A stretch of DNA of 64,000 nt, from NCBI GenBank assembly GCA_020137815.1, contig CM035356.1, forward strand, positions 4,774,001 through 4,838,000, written 5' to 3'. Within the stretch, counting starts at the first letter, position 1. Each line of letters begins with the position of its first letter. This DNA comes from Hormiphora californensis. Its lineage: Eukaryota > Animalia > Ctenophora. The position numbers and the translations under genes were made by a program. The notes beneath the pieces were generated by a model, which saw nothing but the letters and a program-made list of their open reading frames with translations, searched no databases and was not told the DNA's origin. Shown in pieces: positions 45,047-57,904 of the stretch.

Positions 45047-48000
45047 CTAGTCGAGAAACACTGTCCTATCGATCGGCCCAAAGCAGTTGGGAAGACAGAA
45101 TATATGCCGTATTTTACTTCGACGCCGTGGTGGCGGTGGCGTTAGCTTAGTGGGCGAGCGAACCTTTGAAAAGTTTGATGAAGGAGCACTAAAATTTTGA
45201 CTTTTGAAAATATCACTCGTTGACCGCGATTTTTCCTTAGCCCCTGCAAAGCCCGATGCTATCCCGTTGATAGGTTTCACGTGGTTTCGAAAGATATCTG
45301 CACTCTTCGACCCGCTCGTGGAGAGAGTCAAGTCGTCGGTAAAGTTCTTCAAGGAAGGTAATGATTCCTGTAAACTATCCATACTGCTAGTGCTGCTGGT
45401 ACTGGTGCTGCTGAGATATCTCCGGACTTGTCCGGCCCTGCGATCTAATGACCTGTTTACATCATTATCATCTTCATCATCGTTGAATAGGGTCAAGGAG
45501 AGAATATTAGAACCGGGACAAGAGTTAGCAAACCGGTAACATCGTCCCCTACTATCCAGCATCCTCCCGACAACACCCGGGAGAGGGGCCGGTGGAGGAG
45601 GGGCTCTTGGTGCCCCACCGCTGTTACTACTAGGAACCCTTACTGCCTCCGTCTGAAGGACTGGTGGCGGGGCCTGTTGGTGTCGGGGCCGTGGTACTGG
45701 TGATATAATGGGACTCTCTGGGTCACTCAGAATGTAGTCCTGTACTGAGCTACCATCACTATCGTCCGGGGGCGGTGCCGTAAAACTCATCACTCGATCA
45801 GCCTCAAACTTTCTGATGTTCTCTAGTTCATTGCTCCGGGGAGCTTTAGGGCGGGTGGAGAGGGGTGGGCAGGAGGAGGAGATTATCCGGGCGGGCGGGG
45901 GTGAGATGGGGTTGGGAGGTGGTGGTGGTGTAGGAGGGGGAGGATCCTCCATTGGCAGCTGTGTCTCAGGGAGAAGGGTGGTAGCGGGGGGACTCACAGA
46001 CTCCTGGGTAGTAACTACCTTGCTGGTAGATTCGAGACTCAGGGTTATAGAGCAGTGAAGGGAGGGTCGTTGGTGGTTCGCCGGACTCTGATCGTAATAC
46101 AGGCTGTTTGAGGTCAGGGAGCTGTCATTAGACGTTCCCTCCAGACTACCCTTCCTGATCCGTCTCCGTTTGGGTCGCTTCATGAGCCCCGCAAGGCGAG
46201 ATAAAACATTCCTAGATTTGGATCGTGAGGGCGTTGAAGTGGATAGGATTCCCGAGCTTGCATCATCGCTCGTACAGTCACGGGCTGGGACAGGGATACA
46301 GGTGGAGTTGATTTGGGCAGGTTCTTCCTCTATGGGTGGGTGTTTAGGATCGTAGTCTACATTTGTTGTAAGAGGAGGAGGAGGAGGAGGGTGGGTGGTG
46401 GTGGCGGTGGGATCCTCGTCGTGGTCAGGAGGGTAGGGGCTTACCGTCGCTGAGAGAGAGGGAGTATAGTTGTCAGAGGGGAGAGGGGGATGCAGGCTGT
46501 CTGGCAGACCCCGGGTTTTTATTCGGGTCGGCGCCGCCAGACAGCTGATAAAATACATAACATGCAAGAAGAACACACAGTCACGAGGACACTTTCTCAG
46601 CTTTTGAGATTTCGTAGTAGCTGCAGTGTAGAGTTAGCTGATTCAGCGATTTATTAAGAAGCTCCAACTTGACATTACTGTAGCTTACAAAAAAGTTTGA
46701 AAATGGGCAGATTACAAATTGAACAGCGGAGTTTTCAGCTTTCTTCTCACCAACTGCACACATACTCCAAATTGTATCTACTGCTACTTCTAATAGAGTG
46801 TAGTGACTATAGGATCGTCTGAAACACGGCCGTTTCTGATGCTAACTGCACTGGGTGGGCCAAGGGAGGTATGCTAAGCTGTTACTGGTAGTGTGCAGAG
46901 AGTACTGAACCGAACATATGCCTTGATATGAAAACTACCCGAACCTAAAGAACTATATTTGCATCTAGGACATTTCTATCTTTTCCGTTTCCCCATCTTT
47001 TCCCTGCTGTAACTCTTGTAATACATTTGCCCTGGTACCGATCTCGCCTCCGTCACTTGCTGCATCTGGCTGACGAATCCTGCAGGGGGACACACACACA
47101 AACACATTATACCAGCACTCAGCACTTACCAGCTAATACAGCAAGAGTTAGCTCGGCGGGGGACCACCAGCAGCCAACTAACCTTTACCACTCCTCGGAT
47201 CACTGTTGGTGCTGCAGGAGCTCATGGGCCGGGGCGAGCCGTCCGGGAGTCTTCGGGACTCCTGGACCGTTTTGAGCTCCTGACCCCGCTCTGGCACTCT
47301 TTTTACGTTGAATAAACCTGGCCGGTATGATCATGAAATATTGGAGAATTATTATTTATTATAGAACCTACTTAGTTTGGTGACAGTGCTCGACTGGGAG
47401 AGTGTTACTTATTAGTACATACCTTGATCAGGGTGAAAGATGGTGGGAACGTTAATTTTATCCAACACAGCTGCTTCATCTTCATCCCCCAGGTAGCCCT
47501 GCCATACATCCAACAAAGTGGGCGGTTTGGCAGCACCCCTCGCCTCGTGCTTCTCCTTCCAATCCGTGTGAAACACGTCCATATCTGAACAGAGGGGAGG
47601 GGAGGGAGTTAGCAAAGGGATCATGGATGTACGGGGCCACGGGGGTTGTAGAGAAATGTACAGAGAAGGAGATGGGATATTAGCTGGTTCAGGGGAGGGA
47701 CATAGCTGGACGTCCCGATACAAAGTGCCCTATATAATAAACTATGTAGGGATGTATTCAGATTGTTCATGAACGATGGGAGCTGATTAATTTATTAATT
47801 ATAAATTCATGACATTAGCATGCGATGCTTGGAGTATTGGTTTCATTTTTTGGCAAACTAAATATGTGTATAAAACGAGATTACAACCAGAAAAACGTGA
47901 GATTATAGTTGTGCAATGGAATCCACAACCACTCAACCAATTATTAAACCTCAAACTCAACAGTAAACAAATTAAAGTTATGTTCTATTACCCTTCTTTA

Positions 48001-50223
48001 AGTTTACGTGCAGGGCGCGGTGAGACAGGGTAGAACAAGTTTAATTTGTTTCTGCAGGCCGTCACTAAAGAATATTAAATACGTAGTTTTGAATCTGCAG
48101 GATCGGTCCAGGATCCAGCCGTCTACTGGACCGCCCCCCCAGACCCCCCCCACTCCTACACCTCTTGGTAAAACAAGGATCAAGCTGTCTACTGAAGACT
48201 CCACTAACTCTTCCCACTTAACGAGGATACGATTAAAGCTGAGGCATGGAGTAGTACCATAGAGAAGAAGAAGAATGAGCAGAGTATCGGTTTCGGTCTT
48301 TCAGGTGTCGGGATCGAAGTGGTGGTTTCCAGGAGACGGAGCATCGGAGAGAGCTGGGCTGTGTTTGTTGAGGGGGGGGACCCAGGAGGGAAAGAACACG
48401 GAGAGAGCTGGTGTGGAAGGGAGGGTGACCCAGGAGAGAGGAGCACCGGAGAGCAGTTGGTTGTGGAGAGGGAGGGGTGGACCCAGGAAAGGAAAAAACA
48501 CCGGAGAGAGCTGGTGTTGGAGAGGGGGGGGTTTGACCCAGGAAAGGAAAGGCAGCACCGTAGAGAGAGCAGGTTGGTGGAGAGGGAGGGGGTGACCCAG
48601 AAAGGAACACCGGAGACGTAGGGGTGGACCCAGGAAAGGAAACACCGGAGAGAGCTGGTGGTGGAGAGGGAGGGGTGACCCAGGAGATGGAGCACCGGAG
48701 AGAGCAGGTGTGGTGTTAGGAGGTGGTGACCCAGGAAAGGAACAACCGGAGAGAGCTGGTGGGGAGGGAGGGGTGACCCAGGAGAGGGCAAAGGAGGACA
48801 TGCCGGAGAGAGCAGGTGTGTGAGTGTGAGGGGGGTGAACCCAGGAAAGGAACACCGGAGAGAGAAGGTTTGGTGGTGAGGGAGGGGGACCAGAGAGGAG
48901 CACAGGAGAGAGCTGGTGTGGAGAGGAGGGTGACCAGGAGGAGCCACCGGGAGAGATGGTGTGGAGAGGAGGGGTGACCCAGGAAGGAACACCGGAGAGA
49001 GCTGAGCTGTGTGGCGAGGGAGGGGTGACCCAGGGAAAGGAGCAGACCGGATGAGAGCAGGTGTGGAGCGAGAGGAGGGTCGACCAGGAGATGGAGCAAC
49101 GGAGATAGAGGGTGACCCAGGAAAGGAAACACGGAGAGAGCAGGTGTGGTGAGGAGGGGGACCCCAGGAGAGGAGGCACCGGAGAGAGCTGTGTGGTGAG
49201 GAGAGGGTGACCCAGGAAAGGAACAACGAGAGAGAGCTGGTTTGGAGAGGGAGGGGTGACCCAGGAAAGGAACACCGGGAGAGAGTGGGTGTGGAGAGGA
49301 GAGGGTGACCAGGAAAAGGAGCACCGGAGAGAGCAGGTGTGGAGGAGGGGGGGGGTGACCCAGGAGAGGAACAACCGGAGACGTCAGGGGTGACCACAGG
49401 AAGGAAACACCGGAGAGGAGCTGGTGTGGAGAGGGAGGGGTGAACCCAGGAGAGGCGCACCGGGAGAGAGCAGGTGTGGTGGAGGGGAGGGGTGTGACCA
49501 CTGTTCAAAGCGCAAGCTAAATTTTGGTACAAAAGGAAGCTAGGGGGTAGGGATTACTATGCAACCTTTCCTCAGCAACCGGGTCCGATGCGGTCAGTAT
49601 TAAAGTGACATTTGTGCTAAAAAAGCACTTGTCCAGCGCCAGGTTTTACACGTAAAAACGCGCAACGAGGTTGGATCTTGGTCAAAATTGAGCCTCTACT
49701 GCGCGTTTTCTATCAAATACTACGAATCTCGCCGAAGCCTATCGGACATGACCACATAGTGCATATATCTAGTTTCTCACTTAGGTGCCAAGATAGGTAC
49801 TAACTAGCAAAAGTGTTCATACCACAGCCCATATTGCAGTGTTTATACAAAGATCGCGACTGTTTCTCAGAAAGAACCCCCAACAACAAATCTAACCCAA
49901 GAAAGTAATAAACACTCGCTGCAGCTGCTTCATTTGTTATAGCTCTGCAATTCTTGGAAAGACTAAAAAAGAGATTCAGAGATAGATTTGTTACTGCAAA
50001 CAATCGCATTTCTTTTTAGTTAAAAGAAATGCAATTGTTTACAGCTATTTTCCAGGAATCTAAGAATCAGAGATAGAAAGTTATATATAGAAACTAGAAA
50101 ACTAGAAAAAAAGGTGTATTTGTTTGTTGATGATGGTGTATTGGTACTCCAAAAGTTATACATGTTGTACCTTAATATGTAGTCAATGCAATATCATTGT
50201 ATACCAAAGGTGAACATGCGTGT

Positions 50224-50288
<65 letters not shown>

Positions 50289-53200
50289 GGTGTGTGTTGT
50301 ATACAAAGCATCACACTTATGATTATGCCTTTCCCTGCTCTGCAACTGAGCAAGTTCTCTCTTTCTTCTCCCCTGCACCCTTTATATCTAGCTCAGCTGA
50401 GTTGTAACTTATCTCTCCCAACATTCGTCTCGGTCTAACAAGCTACTATCTATGACATATAGTAACAAGTAAAACAAGGAAGTTTTCAACTGTAACTCCG
50501 GGACAAGGACCATCAACAATATGACATAGTAACATAGATTCTATATTAAATTCAGAAATCGTGTTCAAAATATATAGCGCGGCTAGTGTTGGGGTGGCTG
50601 CGTCACCAACACATATTAACAACACAAATTAACCGTTATATGTGACGTATTAGTAGATGGCTATGATAGTTATTATTATGACAGCTCCTATAATAGGATC
50701 ATAGCGAGGGAGAGACCTCTAATGTAGAAAGATCGGAACAGTTATAATGCTTGTATTATGCATATAATAGTGGAATAAAATTACCATATAGTAGTGTCAG
50801 CTGGGATTCTAGAACAAGTCTGCCTGAATTAATCTCTCTCTCTCACAAACAAAGAAATAAAATATGTGTTACTGTTAGCTTTCCATCATTCGACTAGAGG
50901 TAGGTGGTCTGCTATAGCTTCTGAGGGTTCAGGAAAAATGAATGAAAATCGCTCTAAATGGTAGTGCAAAGTATATGATCGGTACACGCTCAAATCATCT
51001 GAAGTTGCAATTATGAAATAGCACAACCCGCTCGACTAGACGTGATCTAGAGAGATCTATAACAGAGATCTCTGCAGAGCTGGTAGTAGATACAGATACA
51101 GATTACAGCTTGCTCTCTGCAGAGCCCTTACAATTATGAAATAAAATGCAGTGTGAGACTGTGAGCTATTGAGCTACACAAAGATTGTGCATCACTGCAT
51201 CATCGCATCCTAAGATAGTGAGATACGCAGTGAGATACTGAGATATGGTGTACCATCATGGCTATAGATACGTCTAGTTTTATAGAAAAATCGGAAAGTT
51301 TGAAATAAAAAACAATTAATGGATGGTAGATTATTTAACCCTTTGAGGGCGACAGAGCATATATTCCGCCTTCCAGATGAAATTAATGACATCTATCATT
51401 ATAGCCGTATGACCATAATGATCACGTACTAGATTTCTCACGCACACAAACACACAATGATTATGCAAAGCGTTTAGTGATATACAATTTTCTAGGATGT
51501 GTATGGATAATTAGGCTCCAATTAGGCTGGACACGTGCCCTACACAAACGACAAACGACAAACGACATGCAAAATAAAACACAATGTCTAAAGATGATAG
51601 TAATGGAGAGTGAAATCAAGGCTATTTACCCCTGAGACCTACAGGTTTCAATTGACCGCGGAAATTTTAGGACATAGCCGAGAAGAGCTGGACTGAAGCG
51701 TCAGGTCTCAGGGCAGATAGCCGTGACCTGAACCTGAGGTTCAATTCAAGAATGACTGTTTTCCCCAAACTTTATGCTCATCCATGCACTCAATAATCCC
51801 GGCCTGTGCTAACTACCAGTATACACACACACACTACCTGGATCATCAGTTGTATCGTTACCACCCGTCCACTTGGACAACTTGTCCGAGAAACGAGCTG
51901 GGAAGAGGGAGACATAAAGACAGAGAGACAGAGAAACGAGCTGAGAAGTTATAATGACGTAGAGGAACACAAAATTTACTATCTAGGTATAACTCTGATA
52001 ACAATGACCTCTTTTTACAGCTCGAGATATTATCGAGAAGTGAAATTATGAACTTTAAGTATATTGACGTCAATGTAGATCTAGATTGACGTCAATATAC
52101 TTAAAGTTCATAATTTCACTTCTCAATAATATCTCTATCTGTCTCTCTCTGTCTCCCTCTCTCTCTGTCTCTCTGTCTCCCTCTCTCTCGTTTACTGGAA
52201 TAATTCACACAGTCATCTCTGTTCTCTATTTGTCAATCTCTCTGAATATGAAGGCTATCTATTTTCTATCTCTTCTCGTTAAAAAAGAAAATTCGGAGCA
52301 AATACAAAACAACAAACATGAAAAAAATGTGTGTACCCGGTATTGGGCAGCAGCCTATACTACCTATATACTACCTACGTCCTACAGCCACCAACGAACG
52401 ACCGAACGAATGACCGAACGAACAACAACTTACTGCTCCAATTTCCAGAGCTCCCCTCAACTGCGGGTTTATCAGATATCGCCTTGGTCCTGGACATGAA
52501 ACCACCAAACAGCGGTTCATCTTTCGGTCCATGGTCAAACACCGTGCTTTTCTTCATCAACCAGGCCAGGGGATTTTCACCCTAACGTCAGCACTCTCTT
52601 CACCTCATTGATGTTTGACCAGATGAGCGCCTGATTTTCCTCGCTCAAACTATCAATAATCCCAAGCTCGGGAGAAGCAGACCGCGGTGGTAGACCACCT
52701 GTCACCGCTGGATCCGGTGTCGTATCTTCTTCTCCCTCCTCAAAAAACTTATCCAGATACACCTGAAACTCGGCATCCTCCGGTGATGATTCCTCGATAC
52801 TCGATGGAGTCTCTGCTGTGATTGCTCCTTTTTAGCCGGAACTTTTGACACGGTAAAGCCCTCTGAACTTGCCACGGACTCCTCGATACTGTCCTGATTG
52901 TGGAACTCCACCACCCTAACATACGGCTCCAACTCAGTTATCATTTTGGGTTCCATCCCCGAGACACACACGTCACTTGCGAAGCTTGTCCCACTGGTGT
53001 CTGATCCGGATCTGCGGTGGGTTTTACAGACGGTTAGGTAGCAGGATCCCCCGGAGCACTGGGGGGTAGAGGACCGGGCTTCATAGTTGTGAGGCTGATC
53101 CGTCGAGGAGACACTTTCTGTGCTGTCTCGATTGTTAATTACCACGGCACGAGACCGGAGTAGCTCGTACATTTTGTCGTTTGTTAGGCCATCATTTCCC

Positions 53201-54169
53201 AATGGCAGTTGGCTTGGCATGGTTTTTGTTTCGCATAGGATGAAGGACCCCGTCCGAGATCCCATGGAGAGATCCGTTATGGACATGGGGGTAACAATTG
53301 TGAGCTCTGAGTGAGGCCGAAACCCCTCCGAAGATGGTCTCGAGTTAATCTTATCCAACGACATCCCAAACTTTTCCTTGTAACTTCGGAATTGGTTGCG
53401 AGAAAAAGCACGACCCAGGGTATCAGAAGGTCCGTATAACTGGGGCACCGACTTGGTGGTTTTCAGTTTTGGTTCTTCCACTTTCGGGTAAAATTTGAGA
53501 GCCGTTTTGGGATCCAAATCTCGGACATTTACCTTTCTTCCCCGGCCGCTATTCCGACTCCCATCGGATTTCTGAGTCGAACTCGAACTCGGATTTTTCT
53601 GTCTCTGCTGTATTTTCTCCTGCGATTCAGGTAGTATATGGTGCGATGTCTGTTGATTGATTGTCTGTTGATTGATTTGACTCCGCTGCATCTGGTGAGA
53701 GACTGTCTTCTGATGAAGTGAGGTTGAATGAAAAGGAGAGCCTTCCTCCAGAATAGGGGAGTTGTGGAACTGAAGTTGCTCCTGATATGACCTCTCTTGC
53801 TTCCTCTCCTGCACCACTTTCTTTCTTGCTACTGCCGCAAAAGATGCCATTGGACTGAGTTGATTGGAGCCTGAACTAGGTGATTCTACATCGAGAACAA
53901 GTCCCTGCCGCTTAGTTGCTGCTGCCGGGCCCCATCCACTACCAGTGGAGCCCCAAGGACTTGCACCTCATTCCTCCCCTCCTACGAAGAAACAAATCCG
54001 AGTCTGGGTCATCGTCATCTGAAATGTAATTGAACTCATCAAAGTCTCCCTCATCATCGTCATCATCATCATCGTCATCGGTCCTGTTTTTAGAGTCGTA
54101 TCTGCGCCATTTCTTCAAAATGTCTTTGCTTGCTTTTCGTTCTAGTATCTTTTGGAAGGCCTGTGCCAT
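45047..54169 (-). CDS. Large Ser/Pro-rich uncharacterised protein, multi-exon, with three apparent frameshifts
   Basis: Exon ~54169-52434 (joined across single-base shifts near 53952, 52830, 52580; ends at GTAAG), 47584-47423, 47317-47189, possibly 47079-47031, and last exon ~46496-45047 (509-aa ORF). No recognisable domain. Confidence 0.55.
48330..49500. repeat. Degenerate ~55-60-bp purine-rich minisatellite
   Basis: Consensus approximately GTGACCCAGGAAAGGAACACCGGAGAGAGCTGGTGTGGAGAGGGAGGG; about 20 noisy copies. Confidence 0.85.
52024..52136. repeat. Near-perfect 110-bp palindrome
   Basis: GAGATATTA..TTGACGTCAAT-GTAGATCTAG-ATTGACGTCAA..TAATATCTC. Confidence 0.8.
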
Positions 54170-55889
54170 ATAACACGACTGATACGGCAAAAAAGGGGTT
54201 AAATTAGTATAACCCGACTATCAGGGTTGGTTGGTTAGAGCGGCTGGTGCTATATTACAGTATTGTTTCGGGCCGCGGGTTGACACTATCAGTGTGAAGC
54301 GGCAAAAAGGGCCGGTTATGTTAGTAAAAAGGGTAAGGAAAAGACAAAAGCTACAACCTAATTTTAAAGAAGATGAAGCATCATCGTATTTTGACAAGAG
54401 AGAGAGAGAGAGAGAACGGATAAGAGGAGAGATGAGAGAGGAGAGAGCTTGAGACGAGAGAGGAGATAGAGGGAGGAAGAGGAGAGAAGAGAGAGAGAGA
54501 GAGAGACCGATGAGAGAGAGACTGAGAGATAGAGGAAAGAGAGAGAGAGGAGGGAGAGAGAGGAGAGAGAGAGAGAGAAGAGGAGCGATTGAGAAAAACT
54601 GAAATGCTGCCGGATATTGCAGTAATCAACGAAAAGAGAGAGAAGGATGCGCATTTGTGTGTGCGCCACTGATTGAGCCATTCATTTACAGGCCGCATTA
54701 CACTGTAGCACTCCTCCCCCTCTCTCTCTCGCTCTCTCTCTCTTCTCTCTCTCTCTTGTTTTTCATGGCAGGTGACTGTATCACTGACATGGCGGACCAT
54801 GGATCATTCGGTGTGATAAAAAATGCACAAAAAACGGGTCAGATAGAGCCAAGACACCATGCGATGAATCGTCATCGAGAGAATGCTCAACAACTGCAGC
54901 AGCAGAGTGCAGGCAAACAACACATAAAAACCGATCTTCCACCATAAAAACTAAAGACGAGCTCCTGATGATCACTAGTATAAACTGTTTAGTGTGGGAC
55001 AGAGAGTGAGAGAGGGGAAAAAAGGAGAAGGGAAAAGGGAGTGAGAACTGGGAGAGATAGAGAGAGAGAGAGAAATCGAGCGAGATATCTATCTCTTTCG
55101 CATCTATCGAGCGGCTATAGCGAGCTCTCTCTCTGCTCTCTCTCTCTCTCTGCTCTCTGCTCCATATCAGTTATCCATCTCTCTCTCTCTCCCTATCTCT
55201 CAGTCTCTCTCTCCCTATCTCTCTCTCTCTCTATCTCTCTCCCTATCTTTCTAACTAACTGAAACAATTCGAGAGTGAGCAATTTCATTACGATATACAG
55301 ATATCGAACGTCTGAGTAGTAGTTGTTGCTGTTTTGTATATCTATAGATCTTAGATCTCAGCTTCATTATATCTTCAGATCACTTGAATAGTCTAGTTGT
55401 AGGGAATTGTATGATAGACACTGTGATACAGTACCTGGCGATCACCCAAGTTCACCCATATCTTTTCTATTTCAGCAGTAGCTGGGGAAATGTCCAGGAG
55501 GGGGGGGGCAAAACTAAACTCGCTCCATAGTAATAGAAGTTGGTATTTGAACAATGGCAATTGGATATGTTTATATCAAGTGCAATATTGTGTGCATGGG
55601 GCTGTATTTGGGAGGTATATGTGATCATACAATGTACCTAACACAATGTAACAATGTGATTGGAATATGGGCATCATCACCTCATGTAGACCCCCTTTCG
55701 TCAGCATGGAAACAACGGTATTGGGCTGTTGTAGCCTTTATACCGATTACCGTGTGGGCTTTTGAAATAGAGAACTGTGTACTTACATTTGGAGATCTCA
55801 TTTCGTAGACTGCAAAACTGCTCAACCATGATCCGCAGTTTCTTCACAGCTAATTATACTACCCTTATTAAATCAATCAGCTGGTTAAT

Positions 55890-56047
55890 TGGTTAGAGAT
55901 TCAAAACAATGGAATTTAGTTGGTGCAGTTAGAGATTCAAAACAATGGAATTTAGTTGGTGGTTAGAGATTGAAAACAATGGAATTTAGTTGGTGGTTAG
56001 AGATTCAAAACAATGGAATTCAGTTGGTGGTTAGAGATTCAAAACAA
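55890..56047. repeat. ~34-bp tandem repeat, about 4.5 copies
   Basis: Unit TTAGAGATTCAAAACAATGGAATTTAGTTGGTGG. Confidence 0.85.
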
Positions 56048-56398
56048 GGATCAAATGAACCTGATATCAGGAAGGCTGATATTTCAAAATGCAACAACAA
56101 TCCCCTTCCCTCTATACCAATTATACTGTATCAGAAAATATTGCAACAATTTAGAGTATCTCTACTCAAAGCCCGGTATTGCAACAATTTAGAGCTCCAG
56201 AGTGGTTTGAGTGACGCAGGCACCAAACGGGAGCCATGTTCACCATGCTATAGCACAACATAACAAACGGGAGCCAACCAGCACAATAACAGTCGGATCG
56301 CCGATACGTGATATAGCACAATATCCGATGTACAGGAGGGATCTCCACTGAACTAGTGCTGAACAGAAAACAAATGTAATCGATGGGTATTAGGGGAC

Positions 56399-56976
56399 GG
56401 TGGGCGGACTCTAGTGCTAACGGACTCTTTATCTAAACTCAAGGCAGACTCTATATCTAAAACCGGACTCTTTATCTACAGTTAGACTTTGAAAAAAGTT
56501 TAGATAAAGAGTCCGCCCAGTTTAGACTTTTTAGATATAGAGTCCGCCCTGTGTAGACTTTTTAGACATAGAGTCCCCTGGTACATTTTGGCGCCAAATC
56601 CCCCAACCCGGACTCTATGTCTAAATTCCTAAACCAACCCAAAACCTAACCCTAACCATAACCCTAACCCTAACCTCGAACCCAAATAATGGCCCTAACA
56701 CTTCTCAATTAGTATAGAGGTACAGCAAACTCTCGTTTCCGGCCTAACGGCCGAAATCTCGAGTTCGCTGAGAATGGCGGACTCTATGTCTAATTTAGAT
56801 TTATGTAGATAGAGTCCGCTCTTTGTAGACTTTTTAGATAAAGAGTCCACCCTGTTTAGACTTTTTAGAGATAGAGTCCTCCTAGAGTTTAGACTTATTT
56901 GGACTCTTGATCTAAATCTAAATTTAGATATAGAGTCCACTGTAGACTTAGAGTGTAGCACTAGAGTCCGCCCACC
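56399..56976. mobile_element. GG...CC MITE with 9-bp TSD and internal telomere-like repeats, Mutator-like
   Basis: TIR GGTGGGCGGACTCTAGTGCTA; TSD TTAGGGGAC; internal TAGA..AGAGTCC modules; (CCTAAC)n at 56640-56700. Confidence 0.8.
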
Positions 56977-57010
56977 TTAGGGGACGTAGGCTGCAACGTT
57001 TATTATATGA

Positions 57011-57353
57011 TTAGATGACTGGTTAAAATGGTCTATTACTTTTTAGTGCACGAGGCCGAAGGCCGAGTGCTCTAAATACAACAATAATGAACCGAGACCG
57101 ACAGGTCGAGGTAGATCCTTTTACTTAGCTGCCGAGCCTGCGAGGCACGCTAAGTGTAACTACTGAGCGAGCCTGCGAGCTCTGTAGTTGTACTTTTGGG
57201 CCGAGCCTGCGAGGCCTAAAAGTGAAAGAATCTTTAACATTATTGTTGTGTAATAGAGCATGTAAAAGCAGTCATCTAATTTTATTAGATGATTTTGGAA
57301 ACAAACTGAGTGAAAGAGATAAAGATTGAGTGAGAGAGAGAAGAGAAAGAGAA

Positions 57354-57428
<75 letters not shown>

Positions 57429-57606
57429 TGTGCAGTAGTCACTACTGCACAGTGCACACGCCCTAACCCTTATCTTTTCTTCCCCTCTGCAACTATAGGT
57501 CACGTGATCGTCACGTGATGGCACCACACCAATGAGCGTCCTGCATCTGCTTTCCCTCTCTGCCTTCGATTCTCTCTTTTCCTATCTCTCTCTCACACAC
57601 ACACAC

Positions 57607-57689
<83 letters not shown>

Positions 57690-57904
57690 TAATCTTTATC
57701 CCGTTCACTCAGTTTGTAATGTTTGTAATGTTCACACTGTGTTCGTGTGACTAGAAAGTGTTTAATTTTTCACATACCACTGCAGCGGTATTTTACTTTA
57801 TAATTACTAGTGTTTTTGCAGTGGTCTAAAATTTCACAGTACACTTTAACCACCGGAAACGGTGTACTGTGAAAACTTAGATAACCGGTTAAAATTGTCT
57901 AATA
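57011..57904. mobile_element. Possible Crypton-like non-autonomous element
   Basis: Terminal direct repeats TTAGATGACTGGTTAAAATGGTCTA / TTAGATAACCGGTTAAAATTGTCTA; GAGGCCGAAGGCCGAG and repeated CGAGCCTGCGAG hairpins. Confidence 0.4.

Noticed and set aside
40722-47189. Joining exons 47584-47189 to the astacin gene as its prodomain
   Set aside because: Phases match, but there is no signal peptide or FEGD-type pro-motif, and a nearer terminal exon (46496-45047) exists; not excluded without cDNA.
48204-49532. 442-, 357- and 261-aa Pro/Leu/Ser ORFs
   Set aside because: Open in several frames because the repeat lacks stops; unit lengths are irregular and there is no domain.
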